Source of the DNA: a virus
Length of the DNA: 64,000 nucleotides
Reading direction: 5' to 3' (one strand)
Virus record (IMG/VR): IMGVR_UViG_3300030419_002087
Span: 1-64,000 of that record
Below the pieces are notes generated by a model, which was given only the letters and a program-made list of their open reading frames with translations, was not told the DNA's origin and did not search any database. Position numbers and translations under genes: made by a program. Below are positions 11,301 through 21,409 of this stretch, in pieces; within the stretch, counting starts at the first letter, position 1; each line of letters starts with the position of its first letter.

Positions 11301-11726
11301 GTAAGAAATTCAGGCAACTCTCCTAATAGTGATTGTCATATTACTTTCAGACAGAATGATAATACTGATTCATATGATAGTCTGTACACGGATGATTATC
11401 TGGTTTATAATCCAAATGGAAACGTTTTTGCTCTTAACTCAGATGAAAAACTGAAAGAGAATATTGAGGTCATTCCTAATGCTCTTGATAAGGTAAAACA
11501 GATCCGAGGAGTTACATTTAATTGGAAGAGAGACGGAGTTAAATCTACTGGTGTTATTGCTCAGGATGTCGAGAAGGTATTCCCTGTTCTAGTTAATGAA
11601 AGAGAAAAATCTGGAGACAAAGCAGTTTCATATCAGAACATGGTTGGTCTTTTAGTCGAGGCTATTAAAGAACAACAAATTCAAATTGAAGATCTTAAGG
11701 CCAAGGTGGAAGACTTGTCTAAATAG
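5382..11726 (+). CDS. Large tail fibre/virion protein with C-terminal peptidase S74 intramolecular chaperone
   Basis: MPLSRLENFLKN...PFKSIQRALLEAARF beta-helix-type N-terminus typical of cyanomyovirus fibres; C-terminal SDEKLKENI...IRGVTFNW...GVIAQDVE...V.YQNMVGLLVEAIKE. Confidence 0.8.
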   Translation: MPLSRLENFLKNVEGNILYVNPTDLDATDSIENQGNSLTRPFKSIQRALLEAARFSYQIGQNNDKFNRTTILLYPGTHEVDNRPGYNVINSSGAALYRDRNGVIKALEQLTDESNYNINDPTNELYKYNSTEGGVIIPRGTSIVGLDLRKTNIRPKFVPDPTNDGILRSAIFRVTGGCYFWQFTIFDGDPNSSVYRDYTTNRYTPRFSHHKLTVFEYADGVNGVGIGTSTSSTDLQMYYHKVQKAYGDSSGRAIGDFPSTADMQPKLPEYEMVGPVAASNIGITSMRAGAGSLSNTSTTVTVDCKTAHSLVVDSSVRISGVNTYPNIYNGNFVVTGVSSDRIFTYRTSSPPLDGLPAMDGDEQVIADTDTITGTSPYIFNCSLRSVYGMCGMHADGSKSTGFKSMVVAQYTGVGLQKDNDAFLLYNSSTSQYDTNATVADSEKPLYLNSDAIYRPSYENYHVKCSNKAVIQIVSVFAIGYAQQFLAESGGDQSITNSNSNFGSKALKASGFQDQAFVRDDKGYVTHIIPPQRLEKANKSVEWGAINVGLTTAPVGVGTTAKIFLDGFTDPDIPPPVIIEGFRIGAKRTFDPQNLCTNPDLLKVNVAGVGTYSAPITMINSDGSEGPTALKEYVVGFVGAANSITSSTLTLRQDHQLFAGESIRVIADDGALPDGVDSGKIYYAVTNDSQNETLNANQIKLAKTENEAILGGSGNFIVISNDKGGRIRINSRVTDKLPGDFAHPVQYDTTNKNWYVRCSIDPAINTVWSGITTNQDALGPRTNKTFFERREDTRSLGNRIYKLRYVIPKEEQDARPPIPGYVVQESSTTGVTTATDFTDNIPNATVLRNVRIINTVNRDSNTGITTICTEKPHDLMVGDRVLFKNIRSTANTVGAANTGYNTIRNVVGVTSSKGFEVSYGYAPGNFITNVSTRNSSLPTFSKQQAKGTFVVYRVETLKEQQYNKQDGVYHLICVDSSISPTVNEFSNRKYTQAIENLYPQFDGDNFVMDASAASSYAINDPVGKVVTNSLQYSITREFANRYIRSFGPGIAVTYAAGSTAGVSTIYTDREHNLNQITAVSIGNSGVNYGAGISTTLYNATLSYVGVSTGEGATANITIDALGGITAISIVDGGSAYGVGHTLEVVGVQTAGSHTRGWVNVTKIANNIGDAIEIVGVGTSLGRYTSGYCGIHTIVSLKPKEVTYNNGFNPGVYDVNTVGMASGFMLYAGPVPPVSTISYSSAATGIATVTTSGPHGLNVNNPFKIVGVAQTIYNTESIVNERISTTQFNFKFTDKAIPATYTAGGSVIPINYGPRGGKTESGNERIAQRLVPFRTGIQTSMSAASINSTTTTLTLGDSSGFYKGDYVQIDGEVIRISSDFSSNQATVIRGQLGSRSSAHDASSLVKKIRIIASEKRRHSILRASGHTFEYVGYGPGNYSTGLPQKQDRILSKEEQFLSQSQNPDGGAVVYTGVNDAGDFYIGNKVINSKDGTESTFNIPIPTVTGADEDAAGAATRLDAIFDSVTVREGLSVDGDNNTTVKLNAPTTITEKLTTTSADGAEFVKITINGGLPENRTFTYSPTKPTGTGTLGDLTFNSSPNFGEYLGWTYTNQGWKRFGLISAEADSTKLSLGTVGVGSTSANRIGQQNGIDVRGTIVADAFVCAGICTFSGSTTFASITFSELTVGVATVTGRLDINGDFDCGIATVTTLKLANSDKILMGDSDFLEIYHDGSDAYFKNTGGTGGRTYIQGPSSGGQEMRLQAKAGEDGIVINDGGAITIGHAGSTKIETTSSGITVTGTINGSIEYSNGVLTDTVGSNTDYQVGFVTAASGTYNRLFIDSQSSAFTYNPNSNTLSAGTFNGSGASLTNIPNSATTATDSNSPNTIVGRDASGNFSAGTITATLSGNASSASLVDVNANNTTNETVYPVFVDSTGSAVQLERDTGLTYNPSTQILTCTTVSAGLNGIASEATTVRVRNSGNSPNSDCHITFRQNDNTDSYDSLYTDDYLVYNPNGNVFALNSDEKLKENIEVIPNALDKVKQIRGVTFNWKRDGVKSTGVIAQDVEKVFPVLVNEREKSGDKAVSYQNMVGLLVEAIKEQQIQIEDLKAKVEDLSK

Positions 11727-11778
11727 ATCAGACCGATCTTTATCGGTGACTAGGTAGATACCGTTATTAGAGCGCCAA

Positions 11779-14700
11779 ATGGCATCAAATATTCGTTTTA
11801 AAAGATCCTCTGTTACTGGAAAATCTCCATCAGCAGTACAATTACCAATAGGTGAAATTGCAATGAACACCAAGGATGGTGTTCTGTGGATGCAAGAAGA
11901 AGGTGCTAGGATTTTAAATATTCGGGCTGGTTCCGCTCTAACGGCTGGTAGATTTATATACGTGTCTCCGCACGGTGACGATACTAATAACGACGGTAGT
12001 GATAGATTAAAGGCGAAGAAAACAGTTTCAGGTGCTGTAGCAATCAGTACCGCTGGTGATACAATTGAAGTAGCATCAGGTACATATGTAGAAGCAAACC
12101 CAATAGTTGTTCCTCCTGGCGTTGCATTGCAAGGAGAGGATTTACGATCAACCGTTCTTGTTCCGCAAACGCAGAATAAGGACTTTTTTCATGTCAACAA
12201 TGGGGTTCACTTTACAAACTTTAGTTTTGTAGGATCTGCAAGTACTGGTGCAGTTATTTCATTTGATCCAAATAGAGTAGGTGTTGTAACTCAGTCACCA
12301 TATGTTCGTAACTGTACTAATTTCATTCCTAATAGTATAGGATTGAGAATTGATGGTAACTTGAGAAGTGGTAATAATGGTGTTAACGGCTCTATGGTTG
12401 TTGACTCATTTACACAATACAACTTGAATGGTATAGGTGTTTCGATTACGAATAAGGCCTATGCTCAGTTAGTTTCTATATTCACAATTAACTCTGGAAC
12501 CAGTATTTTCTGTGAATCTGGTGGACAGTGTGATATTACTAACTCTAACTCATCCTTTGGTGAATATGGTCTTGTTGCTGACAATGTTAGCTTACTTCAA
12601 TACACAGGTATTACCTCAACTGCCTCTGGTATTGCTAGTGACCGTCTTCAGATTCAATTCCCAGTTAAGAATGTTCAGATTACTAACTTTGAATATGATA
12701 ATGTAACTGGTTACTCTACTGTAACTACAGAAGAGGATCATAATCTTAAAGTTGGTTATGGTGCTAGTCTACAAGGTATTGGATTTACATGTGCTGCTGG
12801 TTATGGCCAGACACATGCAGTTAGTGGTTTCATTTATAATGAAGCGACTGGTATTTCAACTATAACAACAGCTACCAATCACGGAGTAATTGGTGGTGAT
12901 CATGTTAAATTATCTGGAATTGCATTTACTTGTACTGGTTATGCTGGTGTAAGTACACATATATTCCCAGATGGTAGAAACGGATATCAATTTAAAGTTG
13001 ACTCTATATTGAGTAATACTCAATTTACAGTTAATGTTGGAACTTCTACGATTGCTCATACTTATTTGGAGAATGGTATTGTTAGAACTGGTATAACCAC
13101 TGACATTTACCCAAATCCAATTGGTGAGCCTGGAAAATCAGGTAATGTATATGATGTTATAGACATCCCTGGCGGTAATTACACTCACAAGTTTGTTTCC
13201 GCTGATGCAGGTGCAGTAACAATTAAAACTGGATCTGCTGCTGGTGCTGCTGTAACTGTTACTAATGCAACATATATTCCTGCTACTGGAGTATTGACAT
13301 TAGACTTTGTAGCTGCTCATGGAATGTCAACTAATGATCAGATTACTATATCTGAGGAATCATTATCATTTACATGTGCCAAAGATAATTACAAACATCC
13401 ACAAGCTTATCCACGGCCAGGATATGCACATACATTTGTAAGTGGCGTTACTAATGCCATTACGAAGAGTATTGGTGGAACAATTACTGCGGAAGCTGGT
13501 ACTGTTTATGACGGTGCAGCTGGTATTATGACAGTGACTTCTGCTAGTCATGGTTTATCAAATGGTAACACTGTTACCCTTGCAAATGATGCTGTTAAAT
13601 TCACTTGTTCCAAGGATTTACATGCAACTGAACATGATTATCCAAGAAACGGGATTGATCCTATTGCTGGAGTAGCAACAGTTGTTTCTAATTCACAGAC
13701 TAATACATTTGAGATTTTTGTTGGTAAGTCTGGAATAGCTGATCCTATTTGTGGGATCGGAACTACTGTTAATGTAACAAGTACAACTCAGTTAACCGTT
13801 AATTGTGGTGCAACACTACTTGATGCTAGAAAGTTTAACATCTATTCTGGTATTAGTACTGTTCCACATACATTTGTTCAAGCTGGAATAAGAACGGTTT
13901 CGGGATTTGTTCACGATCATCTTACTGGTTTAACTACTATTACAACCAGTCAACCACATCATTTGGCCGCTAAAAATTATGTAAGACTTGCTGGTATTGC
14001 TTTAACATGTACCGCTGGTATTAAAACATATCCAGATGGTAATTCTAGATTTGGTAGTGTCTTTGAAGTAACTGGTATTACTACTAATACCTTTACTGTT
14101 GATGTAGGCGTTTCGACTCTGGCCCACACATATGTGAGTGGTGGTACAGTAAGAAGAGCCGCAGCTTCAAAACTTTATGCTAACCGTCCTTATGATGGTC
14201 AAGTAGTTTATCTTGATACATTATATAAACAGTTAGATAAAATCGATGTAACATCGCCTGGTAGTGGATATGCTTCCCAGCCAACTGTTACTATTAGTGC
14301 CCCAGAAGGGGATAATGGTACGACTGCTACTGCTGAGGCCGTTCTTGAGAATGGAGCTATTAAGGAGATTAATGTAACCAATAATGGTTCACAATACGTT
14401 AATAATCCTTCTGTAACACTTACTGGTGGAAGTCCTTCGGTTTCTGCTGGTACAACTACTGGTATGCGTCCTCTGTATTATACAGTACAAGAGGCAACAC
14501 AACCTGACAAATACACTGGTATATCAACCGTTGTATTTGACCAAGTTCTTAATAATGCTATTGGTATAGGATCTACAGCATTCTTCTACCAAACAAGTCT
14601 CATCTTGGCCTCATCACACTCATTTGAGTGGATTGGTTCAGGTGGAGATATGGCTGGTTCAAGACCTAGACTTGGTGGTGTTGGTATTCAGTCCGCTGAA

Positions 14701-14874
14701 ATTGTTAATCGAGATGGTGGAATAGTAGTTTACACCTCTACAGACCAATCTGGTAACTTCAGAATTGGTAATGATGTTGCGATTAACCAAGTAACAGGCA
14801 CTATCTCAGGTAGAGCCTTCAATCAAAGTCTGTTAAATACAGTAACACCTCTAATCATAGCACTAGAAGATTAA
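11779..14874 (+). CDS. Virion structural protein (pectin-lyase-like N-terminus plus FTC/YPR repeat modules)
   Basis: IRFKRSSVTGKSP...GEIAMNTKDG fibre N-terminus, IYVSPHGDD...AKKTV...GTYVE beta-helix, nested His/Cys repeats; CTAAATA at 11719-11725. Confidence 0.7.
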   Translation: MASNIRFKRSSVTGKSPSAVQLPIGEIAMNTKDGVLWMQEEGARILNIRAGSALTAGRFIYVSPHGDDTNNDGSDRLKAKKTVSGAVAISTAGDTIEVASGTYVEANPIVVPPGVALQGEDLRSTVLVPQTQNKDFFHVNNGVHFTNFSFVGSASTGAVISFDPNRVGVVTQSPYVRNCTNFIPNSIGLRIDGNLRSGNNGVNGSMVVDSFTQYNLNGIGVSITNKAYAQLVSIFTINSGTSIFCESGGQCDITNSNSSFGEYGLVADNVSLLQYTGITSTASGIASDRLQIQFPVKNVQITNFEYDNVTGYSTVTTEEDHNLKVGYGASLQGIGFTCAAGYGQTHAVSGFIYNEATGISTITTATNHGVIGGDHVKLSGIAFTCTGYAGVSTHIFPDGRNGYQFKVDSILSNTQFTVNVGTSTIAHTYLENGIVRTGITTDIYPNPIGEPGKSGNVYDVIDIPGGNYTHKFVSADAGAVTIKTGSAAGAAVTVTNATYIPATGVLTLDFVAAHGMSTNDQITISEESLSFTCAKDNYKHPQAYPRPGYAHTFVSGVTNAITKSIGGTITAEAGTVYDGAAGIMTVTSASHGLSNGNTVTLANDAVKFTCSKDLHATEHDYPRNGIDPIAGVATVVSNSQTNTFEIFVGKSGIADPICGIGTTVNVTSTTQLTVNCGATLLDARKFNIYSGISTVPHTFVQAGIRTVSGFVHDHLTGLTTITTSQPHHLAAKNYVRLAGIALTCTAGIKTYPDGNSRFGSVFEVTGITTNTFTVDVGVSTLAHTYVSGGTVRRAAASKLYANRPYDGQVVYLDTLYKQLDKIDVTSPGSGYASQPTVTISAPEGDNGTTATAEAVLENGAIKEINVTNNGSQYVNNPSVTLTGGSPSVSAGTTTGMRPLYYTVQEATQPDKYTGISTVVFDQVLNNAIGIGSTAFFYQTSLILASSHSFEWIGSGGDMAGSRPRLGGVGIQSAEIVNRDGGIVVYTSTDQSGNFRIGNDVAINQVTGTISGRAFNQSLLNTVTPLIIALED

Positions 14875-14880
14875 AGAAAA

Positions 14881-15228
14881 ATGGCGATTACCCCGTTAAA
14901 TGTTTTTAAGGCGGTTAGACATGATGTAACCACCGCCTCAGTCGGCATCTATACTGCCCCTGCTAACGTAGCATCTATTATATTGGGTGCATACGCTGCT
15001 AATGTATCATCTGGTATTGCTACTATAACTGCCGTTCATAATAGAACTGGTGGAGATGGTTATGGTGATGTTGCCATTGTCAATGGGATTAAAATTCCTA
15101 AGAATGATACTCTCTCTATGATTGATGGTAAATTAATTCTGGAAACAGGTGACATTTTCAAAATAAGTGCTACAGAAAATAGTACTGTAGAACTTACTCT
15201 TAATATCTTGGAAACTGCTAAACAGTAA
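14881..15228 (+). CDS. Small virion structural protein
   Basis: IYTAPANVASII...GKLILETGD motif common in cyanomyovirus small structural proteins; sits between fibre genes. Confidence 0.6.
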   Translation: MAITPLNVFKAVRHDVTTASVGIYTAPANVASIILGAYAANVSSGIATITAVHNRTGGDGYGDVAIVNGIKIPKNDTLSMIDGKLILETGDIFKISATENSTVELTLNILETAKQ

Positions 15229-15235
15229 ATAAACG

Positions 15236-18200
15236 ATGCCTAAGTACATTTCAGGTAGAGTACCAGTTAATGCTCCTGGCGACGCCGGACTCTCTACAGA
15301 CAGACATACTTTTCTAGGATTAGAGGATGCAGAACCTAATCTAGGATTGGCTAGTGCAAATCAATCTGTTATCATAAGTGATACTACAGGCACAAGAGGA
15401 TTTTCAGATACACCTACTGTAACTGGTGTAAATGCAACGGGAATAATTACTGCAACTACAGGAATAATTACTACAGTCAATGCGGAAACGCTTGATGCTG
15501 GAGCGAATCTATATGCCCTTGCTGGTGTTGTAACCACCCTAACTGTTACAGATACAGTAGCTACGGCCTCTACTACCACTAATCTTACTGTATCAGGAAT
15601 CACATCTGTTAAGGATATTGTAGGTACATCTGGTACTATCACTAACTTAACATCCACTGACACTAATGTTAGTGGTGCTTTAACATCTGTTGATGCCACA
15701 TTTACTCGACTAACTCCTGAAGATACAGTCGGTACTGCTGCAACATTTACAGATCTTAACGCTACAAGATTTACTCCCACGGATACCGTAGGTACTGCTG
15801 CAACCTTTACTAATCTTTCACTTACCAATCTTGATGGTGGAGATGGTACTCTTAATATTCGTGCGAATATACTTGATACTCAGACTTTATATGGTGTAAC
15901 TGGTGTTGTTACTACCTTAACTGTTGCTAACCGTGTTGTTGTTAGTGGTGGTGCAACAGTTTCAGGGGCAATGACCGTCACTGGAAATACTCAATTCTGG
16001 GGTGGTATAAGAGATAAAGATGGACAAATAGGTGATGCAGGCCAAGTTCTTCAATCAACAGGAAGTCAGGTTAACTGGGTAAACACTCCTGCTGGTGGTA
16101 TTACAATTAAGGATGAAGGTGCTACTGTAGGTACTGCTGGTAGTGTTGTTATTGTCAACTTTGTTGGAACTGGAGTTACTGCCTCTGCTAGTGGTTTAGG
16201 TGCTACTATTACAGTAGATCAACTTGACAAGGCTAATGGTTTAGATAGTCAGGTTCAATATAATAATAGTGGTACATTAGGTGGTGCGACTGGATTTGTC
16301 TTTACAGATTCCAATAACTATGTTGGTATCGGAAGTACAAACCCACAAAGACAGGTAACTATCGGTGGAGATGGTACTGTTCATGGTAAGTGGTACACAC
16401 AAAGAACATATACAACTACCAATATTCCACTTGATGCCTTAGAATATGTTCCTAAGTCATATGTTGATGCTGTTCAGGCTGGTATCGTTGTTAAGGCTGC
16501 CGTATCTATGGCAACCACAGAGGCCATCAGTGCTTACACATATAATAATGGATTATCTGGTGTTGGTGCAAAGATTTGGAAGAATACTAATGGTTTAGGT
16601 GTTATTGATGGTGTTGACTTTACAGTTCAGGCTCGTGTTCTAGTTAAAGATCAAGGTGCTTCTGGTGTAGGTAATACATTTGAGAATGGATTCTATGAGG
16701 TTACTAGGGTTGGATCTGGATCAACTTCATGGGAGTTGCAAAGAACCAATGATATGGACGAACCAGACGAAATGGTTTCTGGTGCGTTCGCTTTCGTTCT
16801 TGAAGGTGCTAGAAACAGTGGTAATGGTTTCGTTCAGTTAACGAAAGAACCAGTTGCGATTGGTACTACTGCATTAGAATATACCCAGTTTACGGCGCCT
16901 GGACAGGTAGAGGCTGGTGATGGTTTACAGAAGACTGCCAATACTATTGATGTTGTTAGTGCTGATACTAATGCAATCTATATTACTCCTGATAATATTA
17001 ACTTAAAGGCTATTAACCCGTCGCAAAGTTATGTTTCAACGGGATCGACGCAATTTGTACAGGCTATTAGTGTCGATTCATATGGTCGGGTTACGGGTGT
17101 TGTAACGACGAATGAATATACTAAGGCCACCCAAGTAACTCATGGTGTCGTTAGGATACCAGCAGAGGCAAGTAGTGGATTAACGATTAATAGTGGTGAA
17201 ATAGGTCTAACGAATTGGCCAACATTCACGAACTTAAAAGTAACGGGTATTACAACTAACTTAGTTACCTCAGCTACTTCTAATACTACATCATCTCTTA
17301 CTGTTACTGGTGTTACTACTCATACTGGGGCTTCTAGATGGAGTGATAGTACTAAACTTCTTATCGGTTCAGATAACGACCTTCAAGTATATCATACAGG
17401 ATCAATAGCATATATTGATAATAATACAGGTAATTTATTTGTAAGAAATAATGTTGATAATGATGATGGTGGTAATATAGTAATTCAGGCTAAGTCTGGA
17501 GAAAATTCTATTGTTGCTAATGATGATGGTTCAGTTGATTTACATTATGATGGTGGTGATGCCAAACTCCAGACAATTGGATATGGTATTACTGTAAATG
17601 GAACTGCCTGGCTTGATGCAACTCAAGTTGGTGGTGCAGCCACGATTGGTGCTACTTTAGAACTACAGTCATTCCTGAAAGACTACTATAATCAAGTTGG
17701 TGCTGCAACATCAGTTCTTATTGGTGATGCTAATGGTACTAAGTGGGAGTCTATTGCGACTGCTGCATTACAAGGCCCTAAAGGACAGAAAGGGGAAGTA
17801 GGTGATAAAGGACAGAAGGGAGAAAAAGGAGAGAAGGGACAGAAAGGTGAGAAAGGTGAAAAAGGTCAGAAGGGTCAAAAGGGTGAAAAAGGTCAGAAGG
17901 GTGTTGATGGTGTAGATGGCCCAACAGGGCCCACCGGCCCAACTGGGCCCACAGGCCCAACCGGCCCAACTGGCCCTAAAGGTCAAAAGGGTGAACAAGG
18001 TGCAACTGGCCCAACTGGGCCAACTGGCCCCACTGGCCCTAAAGGACAGAAAGGTGCTCAGGGTGCAACTGGCCCAACTGGGCCAACTGGCCCAACCGGC
18101 CCTCAAGGTTCTAAAGGACAGAAGGGTGCTCAAGGATCTACTGGCCCAACAGGGCCAACCGGCCCTACCGGCCCAACTGGCCCAACAGGTCAGAAAGGAC

Positions 18201-19078
18201 AGAAGGGTGCAACAGGTAGTACTGGCCCAACCGGCCCAACTGGCCCTGCCGGCCCTAACAATCCATCATCTGTTCAGATAACAGGTAGTGGTAATGATGT
18301 TCTTAACTTTACTGCAAACTCATCTAATGACAACAGAGGTGTGTCGTTCAACTCTAGAACGGCTCTTACTGCTGACTATAATGATGGTTGGTTGAGAATT
18401 AATAATGAGAATGAGTTTGGTAATGGTTGTTATTCACCAGAGAAATTCCGTGGTGAGGCAGGTATGTATGTATCTGGTAACAGATATATTGATGATAACT
18501 TAGGTAACTACGGAACAATTCGTTGTGGTGGTAATGGTGCTGGTAACTGGGAAGGATTCTCTATTGATGGTCGTTCTGTATGGATGCACGATGGTGGTAA
18601 TGCTAGTGGTTTATACAATGATGTGAACAATGAGTGGATGGTCTATATGATCTACAACTCATATGTTCAGTTGAGACATAATAACACTACTAGACTACAG
18701 ACATCTAACAACGGTGTTAGTATTAATAACATCATGACTTGTAACTCTGACAAACGATTGAAGGAGAACGTCACTAATCTTGACGGATCTTTGGATAAAG
18801 TTTTGAAGATGAGAGGTGTTTCCTTCAACTGGATAGATGAGAAGGATGATAGAGATGATGGAGAGAAGACTATAGGTTTCATTGCACAAGAGATGCAAGA
18901 AGTTGAACCTAGTTTGGTTTATGACTCTAATACAGGTGCAGATGGAACTCAATATCTAGGAGTTGCATATCAAAACTTATCTGCACACTTGGTTGAGGCC
19001 ATTAAGGAACAGAATGAAGTCATAAATAACTTGAGAGCACGAATCGAAGTCTTGGAGAAACACAATGGCATTGAGTAA
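15236..19078 (+). CDS. Tail fibre with collagen triple-helix domain and C-terminal S74 chaperone
   Basis: Thr-rich shaft, KSYVD...RVLVKDQ...ENGFY module, 54 Gly-X-Y triplets, SDKRLKENV...GFIAQEM...LVEAIKE. Confidence 0.85.
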   Translation: MPKYISGRVPVNAPGDAGLSTDRHTFLGLEDAEPNLGLASANQSVIISDTTGTRGFSDTPTVTGVNATGIITATTGIITTVNAETLDAGANLYALAGVVTTLTVTDTVATASTTTNLTVSGITSVKDIVGTSGTITNLTSTDTNVSGALTSVDATFTRLTPEDTVGTAATFTDLNATRFTPTDTVGTAATFTNLSLTNLDGGDGTLNIRANILDTQTLYGVTGVVTTLTVANRVVVSGGATVSGAMTVTGNTQFWGGIRDKDGQIGDAGQVLQSTGSQVNWVNTPAGGITIKDEGATVGTAGSVVIVNFVGTGVTASASGLGATITVDQLDKANGLDSQVQYNNSGTLGGATGFVFTDSNNYVGIGSTNPQRQVTIGGDGTVHGKWYTQRTYTTTNIPLDALEYVPKSYVDAVQAGIVVKAAVSMATTEAISAYTYNNGLSGVGAKIWKNTNGLGVIDGVDFTVQARVLVKDQGASGVGNTFENGFYEVTRVGSGSTSWELQRTNDMDEPDEMVSGAFAFVLEGARNSGNGFVQLTKEPVAIGTTALEYTQFTAPGQVEAGDGLQKTANTIDVVSADTNAIYITPDNINLKAINPSQSYVSTGSTQFVQAISVDSYGRVTGVVTTNEYTKATQVTHGVVRIPAEASSGLTINSGEIGLTNWPTFTNLKVTGITTNLVTSATSNTTSSLTVTGVTTHTGASRWSDSTKLLIGSDNDLQVYHTGSIAYIDNNTGNLFVRNNVDNDDGGNIVIQAKSGENSIVANDDGSVDLHYDGGDAKLQTIGYGITVNGTAWLDATQVGGAATIGATLELQSFLKDYYNQVGAATSVLIGDANGTKWESIATAALQGPKGQKGEVGDKGQKGEKGEKGQKGEKGEKGQKGQKGEKGQKGVDGVDGPTGPTGPTGPTGPTGPTGPKGQKGEQGATGPTGPTGPTGPKGQKGAQGATGPTGPTGPTGPQGSKGQKGAQGSTGPTGPTGPTGPTGPTGQKGQKGATGSTGPTGPTGPAGPNNPSSVQITGSGNDVLNFTANSSNDNRGVSFNSRTALTADYNDGWLRINNENEFGNGCYSPEKFRGEAGMYVSGNRYIDDNLGNYGTIRCGGNGAGNWEGFSIDGRSVWMHDGGNASGLYNDVNNEWMVYMIYNSYVQLRHNNTTRLQTSNNGVSINNIMTCNSDKRLKENVTNLDGSLDKVLKMRGVSFNWIDEKDDRDDGEKTIGFIAQEMQEVEPSLVYDSNTGADGTQYLGVAYQNLSAHLVEAIKEQNEVINNLRARIEVLEKHNGIE
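17774..18259 (+). repeat. Collagen-like (Gly-X-Y)54 repeat with GQK/GEK and GPT blocks
   Basis: Uninterrupted [18 protein letters not shown] ... GPT GPA GPN. Confidence 0.95.
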
Positions 19079-19439
19079 GGATTATGAAATTCCAAATACA
19101 GGTGTAACTGTACCTAATGCCTACTTCGTTATTAGGGAAGTTAGGTTGGAAAAGAGATTAACTGATTACCCGTACCCAGGCGAAACATATACAGATTCAG
19201 AAAGGGTTTCTCTGGGGGAACCACTTGTTAACTTTAAAGCTGGACGTATTGCCTGGATCACACTTTCGGTGTATGCTAGCCAAACAGCCAGAAATAATGG
19301 ATCTAACCCTGTTGGAGTAGTTGGTAGAGACAACTCTAAAGAGTATAGATGTTTTATAGATGGTAATAGTGATATTTCTGCACAGATTTATACCTATTTA
19401 AAAACTACAACATATTTTAGTGACGCTGTAGACGTTTAA
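19065..19439 (+). CDS. Tail-fibre-associated small protein
   Basis: Overlaps the fibre stop; TGVTVPNAY...[18 protein letters not shown] pattern is typical of genes following fibres. Confidence 0.5.
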   Translation: MALSKDYEIPNTGVTVPNAYFVIREVRLEKRLTDYPYPGETYTDSERVSLGEPLVNFKAGRIAWITLSVYASQTARNNGSNPVGVVGRDNSKEYRCFIDGNSDISAQIYTYLKTTTYFSDAVDV

Positions 19440-19443
19440 TTAA

Positions 19444-20133
19444 TTGGACAATTTTATTCGTGAATACTTCATCAGGGATCCTGAGATCTGTGATGGAGTA
19501 GTTGATGCACTTGAAAAGTTGAAGGCTGCTGGTCATGGTAGGCCTGGCGTGTCTTATATGCCTGATGCTCCAGACGATTTTGATTTCAAGTCAGTTAAAG
19601 ATAGTTGGGATTTAGTACCTCCTGACTTTGCTAAGATGTATCCTAATGGCCCTAAGGAATTAAGGCTTGATGAGATTGCAGATGAGATGAATAATGAGTT
19701 ATTTCCAAGATATTATAAGGATATAGAGTTACATTTTAGAGGAGAATTATTCTCTATAAGACCACCTCAGTTTCAGATGTATGAACCTGGCGGTGGTTAT
19801 AAAGTATGGCATTGTGATGCCCAAGGTGTTATGATACATAGAGTGTTTGTTTATATTCTATATCTTAATGATCTATCTGATGGTGGAACAGAATTCAAAC
19901 ATCAAAATGTAAGAGTTAAAGCTGAGAAAGGGAAGGTACTTATGTTCCCTGCTAACTTTTGTTATATTCATAGGAGTGAAGTATCCCATACCAGTAAGAA
20001 GTATATTATGACTGGATGGATGGATACAGATCTTGTTGAGATGTTGACAGAAGAAAGTAGAAAAAAACCCGAACAAAAGTATGATCCTTACACACAACTA
20101 GCAAAACAACAATATAATGAGAATAAAAAATGA
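19444..20133 (+). CDS. 2OG-Fe(II) oxygenase
   Basis: QMYEPGGGYKVWHCD, YLND..DGGTEF, FPANFCYIHR, KYIMTGW; TTG start. Confidence 0.85.
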   Translation: MDNFIREYFIRDPEICDGVVDALEKLKAAGHGRPGVSYMPDAPDDFDFKSVKDSWDLVPPDFAKMYPNGPKELRLDEIADEMNNELFPRYYKDIELHFRGELFSIRPPQFQMYEPGGGYKVWHCDAQGVMIHRVFVYILYLNDLSDGGTEFKHQNVRVKAEKGKVLMFPANFCYIHRSEVSHTSKKYIMTGWMDTDLVEMLTEESRKKPEQKYDPYTQLAKQQYNENKK

Positions 20134-20861
20134 TTTCATTGGTAACTGGTGGGTTTGATCCCGTACATTCTGGACATATAGCTCTCTTTAAAGGTGCTAG
20201 GTCTGTATCTGATAGATTAATAGTTGGTGTTAATTCTGATCAATGGCTTATTAGAAAGAAAGGTAAATATTTTATGCCTATTGAGGAGAGAATCAATATC
20301 CTCAAAAATCTTTCAATGGTAGATGAAGTAATAACATTTAATGATGAAGATGATACAGCATGTGATGCAATAGAAAGATTGTTACCATGTAATGATGATA
20401 TTGTATTCTGTAATGGTGGTGATAGAGGTAATAATAATACTCCTGAATTATTCAAGTATGTGGATAAGGTTACTTTTGCATGGGGTGTTGGTGGTACTGA
20501 TAAAAAGAATAGTAGTAGTTGGTTATTAGCCGATTGGAGTGCTCCTAAGACAAAAAGAGCTTGGGGTCATTATAAGGTATTGTATGAAGGAAAAGGATTT
20601 AAAGTCAAAGAATTAGTAATTAATCCTAAGAGTTCATTGTCAATGCAAAGACATAAGAATCGTAGTGAAACATGGAATATTGTTACTGGTAATGCACATG
20701 TTATAGTAGGTGATGATATGTATAAATTATCTACTGAGAAGGGTGTTTATATACCACCTAACACATGGCATAAAGGTATTAATGAATCAGATGAAGAGGC
20801 ACATATAATAGAAGTATGGAGAGGAGATATTTTAACTGAGGAGGATATTGAAAGACGATGA
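20130..20861 (+). CDS. Cytidylyl/adenylyltransferase (TagD/RfaE-like) fused to mannose-6-phosphate-isomerase-type cupin
   Basis: GGFDPVHSGH (HxGH), VGVNSD, NGGDR, K.NSSS; then R.WG.Y, VKELVINP..SLSMQRH..RSETW, WH. Confidence 0.85.
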   Translation: MISLVTGGFDPVHSGHIALFKGARSVSDRLIVGVNSDQWLIRKKGKYFMPIEERINILKNLSMVDEVITFNDEDDTACDAIERLLPCNDDIVFCNGGDRGNNNTPELFKYVDKVTFAWGVGGTDKKNSSSWLLADWSAPKTKRAWGHYKVLYEGKGFKVKELVINPKSSLSMQRHKNRSETWNIVTGNAHVIVGDDMYKLSTEKGVYIPPNTWHKGINESDEEAHIIEVWRGDILTEEDIERR

Positions 20862-21409
20862 ATGGTGAATGGGCTATATGGAAAAAGGCATTTACAAAAG
20901 AGGAATGTCATGATATAATAGAACGAGGCCAAAAACTTGAAGTTGAAGAGGCCGATTTGGGAGCTCATGGTGATAATAAGAATAAAGAATATCGTAGGAG
21001 TCAAGTCAGATGGATGAATGAGGATCTATTTGAAGATATTTTTGATAAGATGTGGAAGATGACTATTAAGGCTAATACCCAATGGTTTGGTTTTCATATT
21101 GATGATTTAAGATATATGCAATTCACTGAGTACCATGAAAGTTATAAAGGAGAATATAAGAAACACCATGACGTTTTTTGGACTGAACCAAAACATAGAA
21201 AGTTATCTGTGGTATTACAACTAACTGACCCAGATACATATGAAGGAGGAGATCTCCATCTTACAGTTCAAGGAGAAAGACCTGCCTTTTATAAAGATCA
21301 AGGAACTGTGATCTGGTTTCCTTCATGGACTCCACACTGGGTAACTCCAGTTACAAAAGGTATTCGTAATAGTGTTGTTTGTTGGTTTGAGGGGCCACAT
21401 TGGAAATGA
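20858..21409 (+). CDS. 2OG-Fe(II) oxygenase (P4H/PKHD-like)
   Basis: QFTEY, YKKHHD, RKLSVVLQL, YEGGDL, FPSWTPHWVTPVTKGIRNSVV.W..GP.WK. Confidence 0.88.
   Translation: MNGEWAIWKKAFTKEECHDIIERGQKLEVEEADLGAHGDNKNKEYRRSQVRWMNEDLFEDIFDKMWKMTIKANTQWFGFHIDDLRYMQFTEYHESYKGEYKKHHDVFWTEPKHRKLSVVLQLTDPDTYEGGDLHLTVQGERPAFYKDQGTVIWFPSWTPHWVTPVTKGIRNSVVCWFEGPHWK

Noticed and set aside
15361-18281. Antisense and alternative-frame ORFs over the fibre/collagen gene, and similar shadows over gp5, gp7 and gp8
   Set aside because: These are by-products of codon periodicity in long + strand genes.
20858-21409. Classical collagen prolyl-4-hydroxylase acting on the adjacent fibre
   Set aside because: The collagen has no Pro in the Y position (X-Pro-Gly), so the canonical substrate is absent; left as a generic oxygenase.
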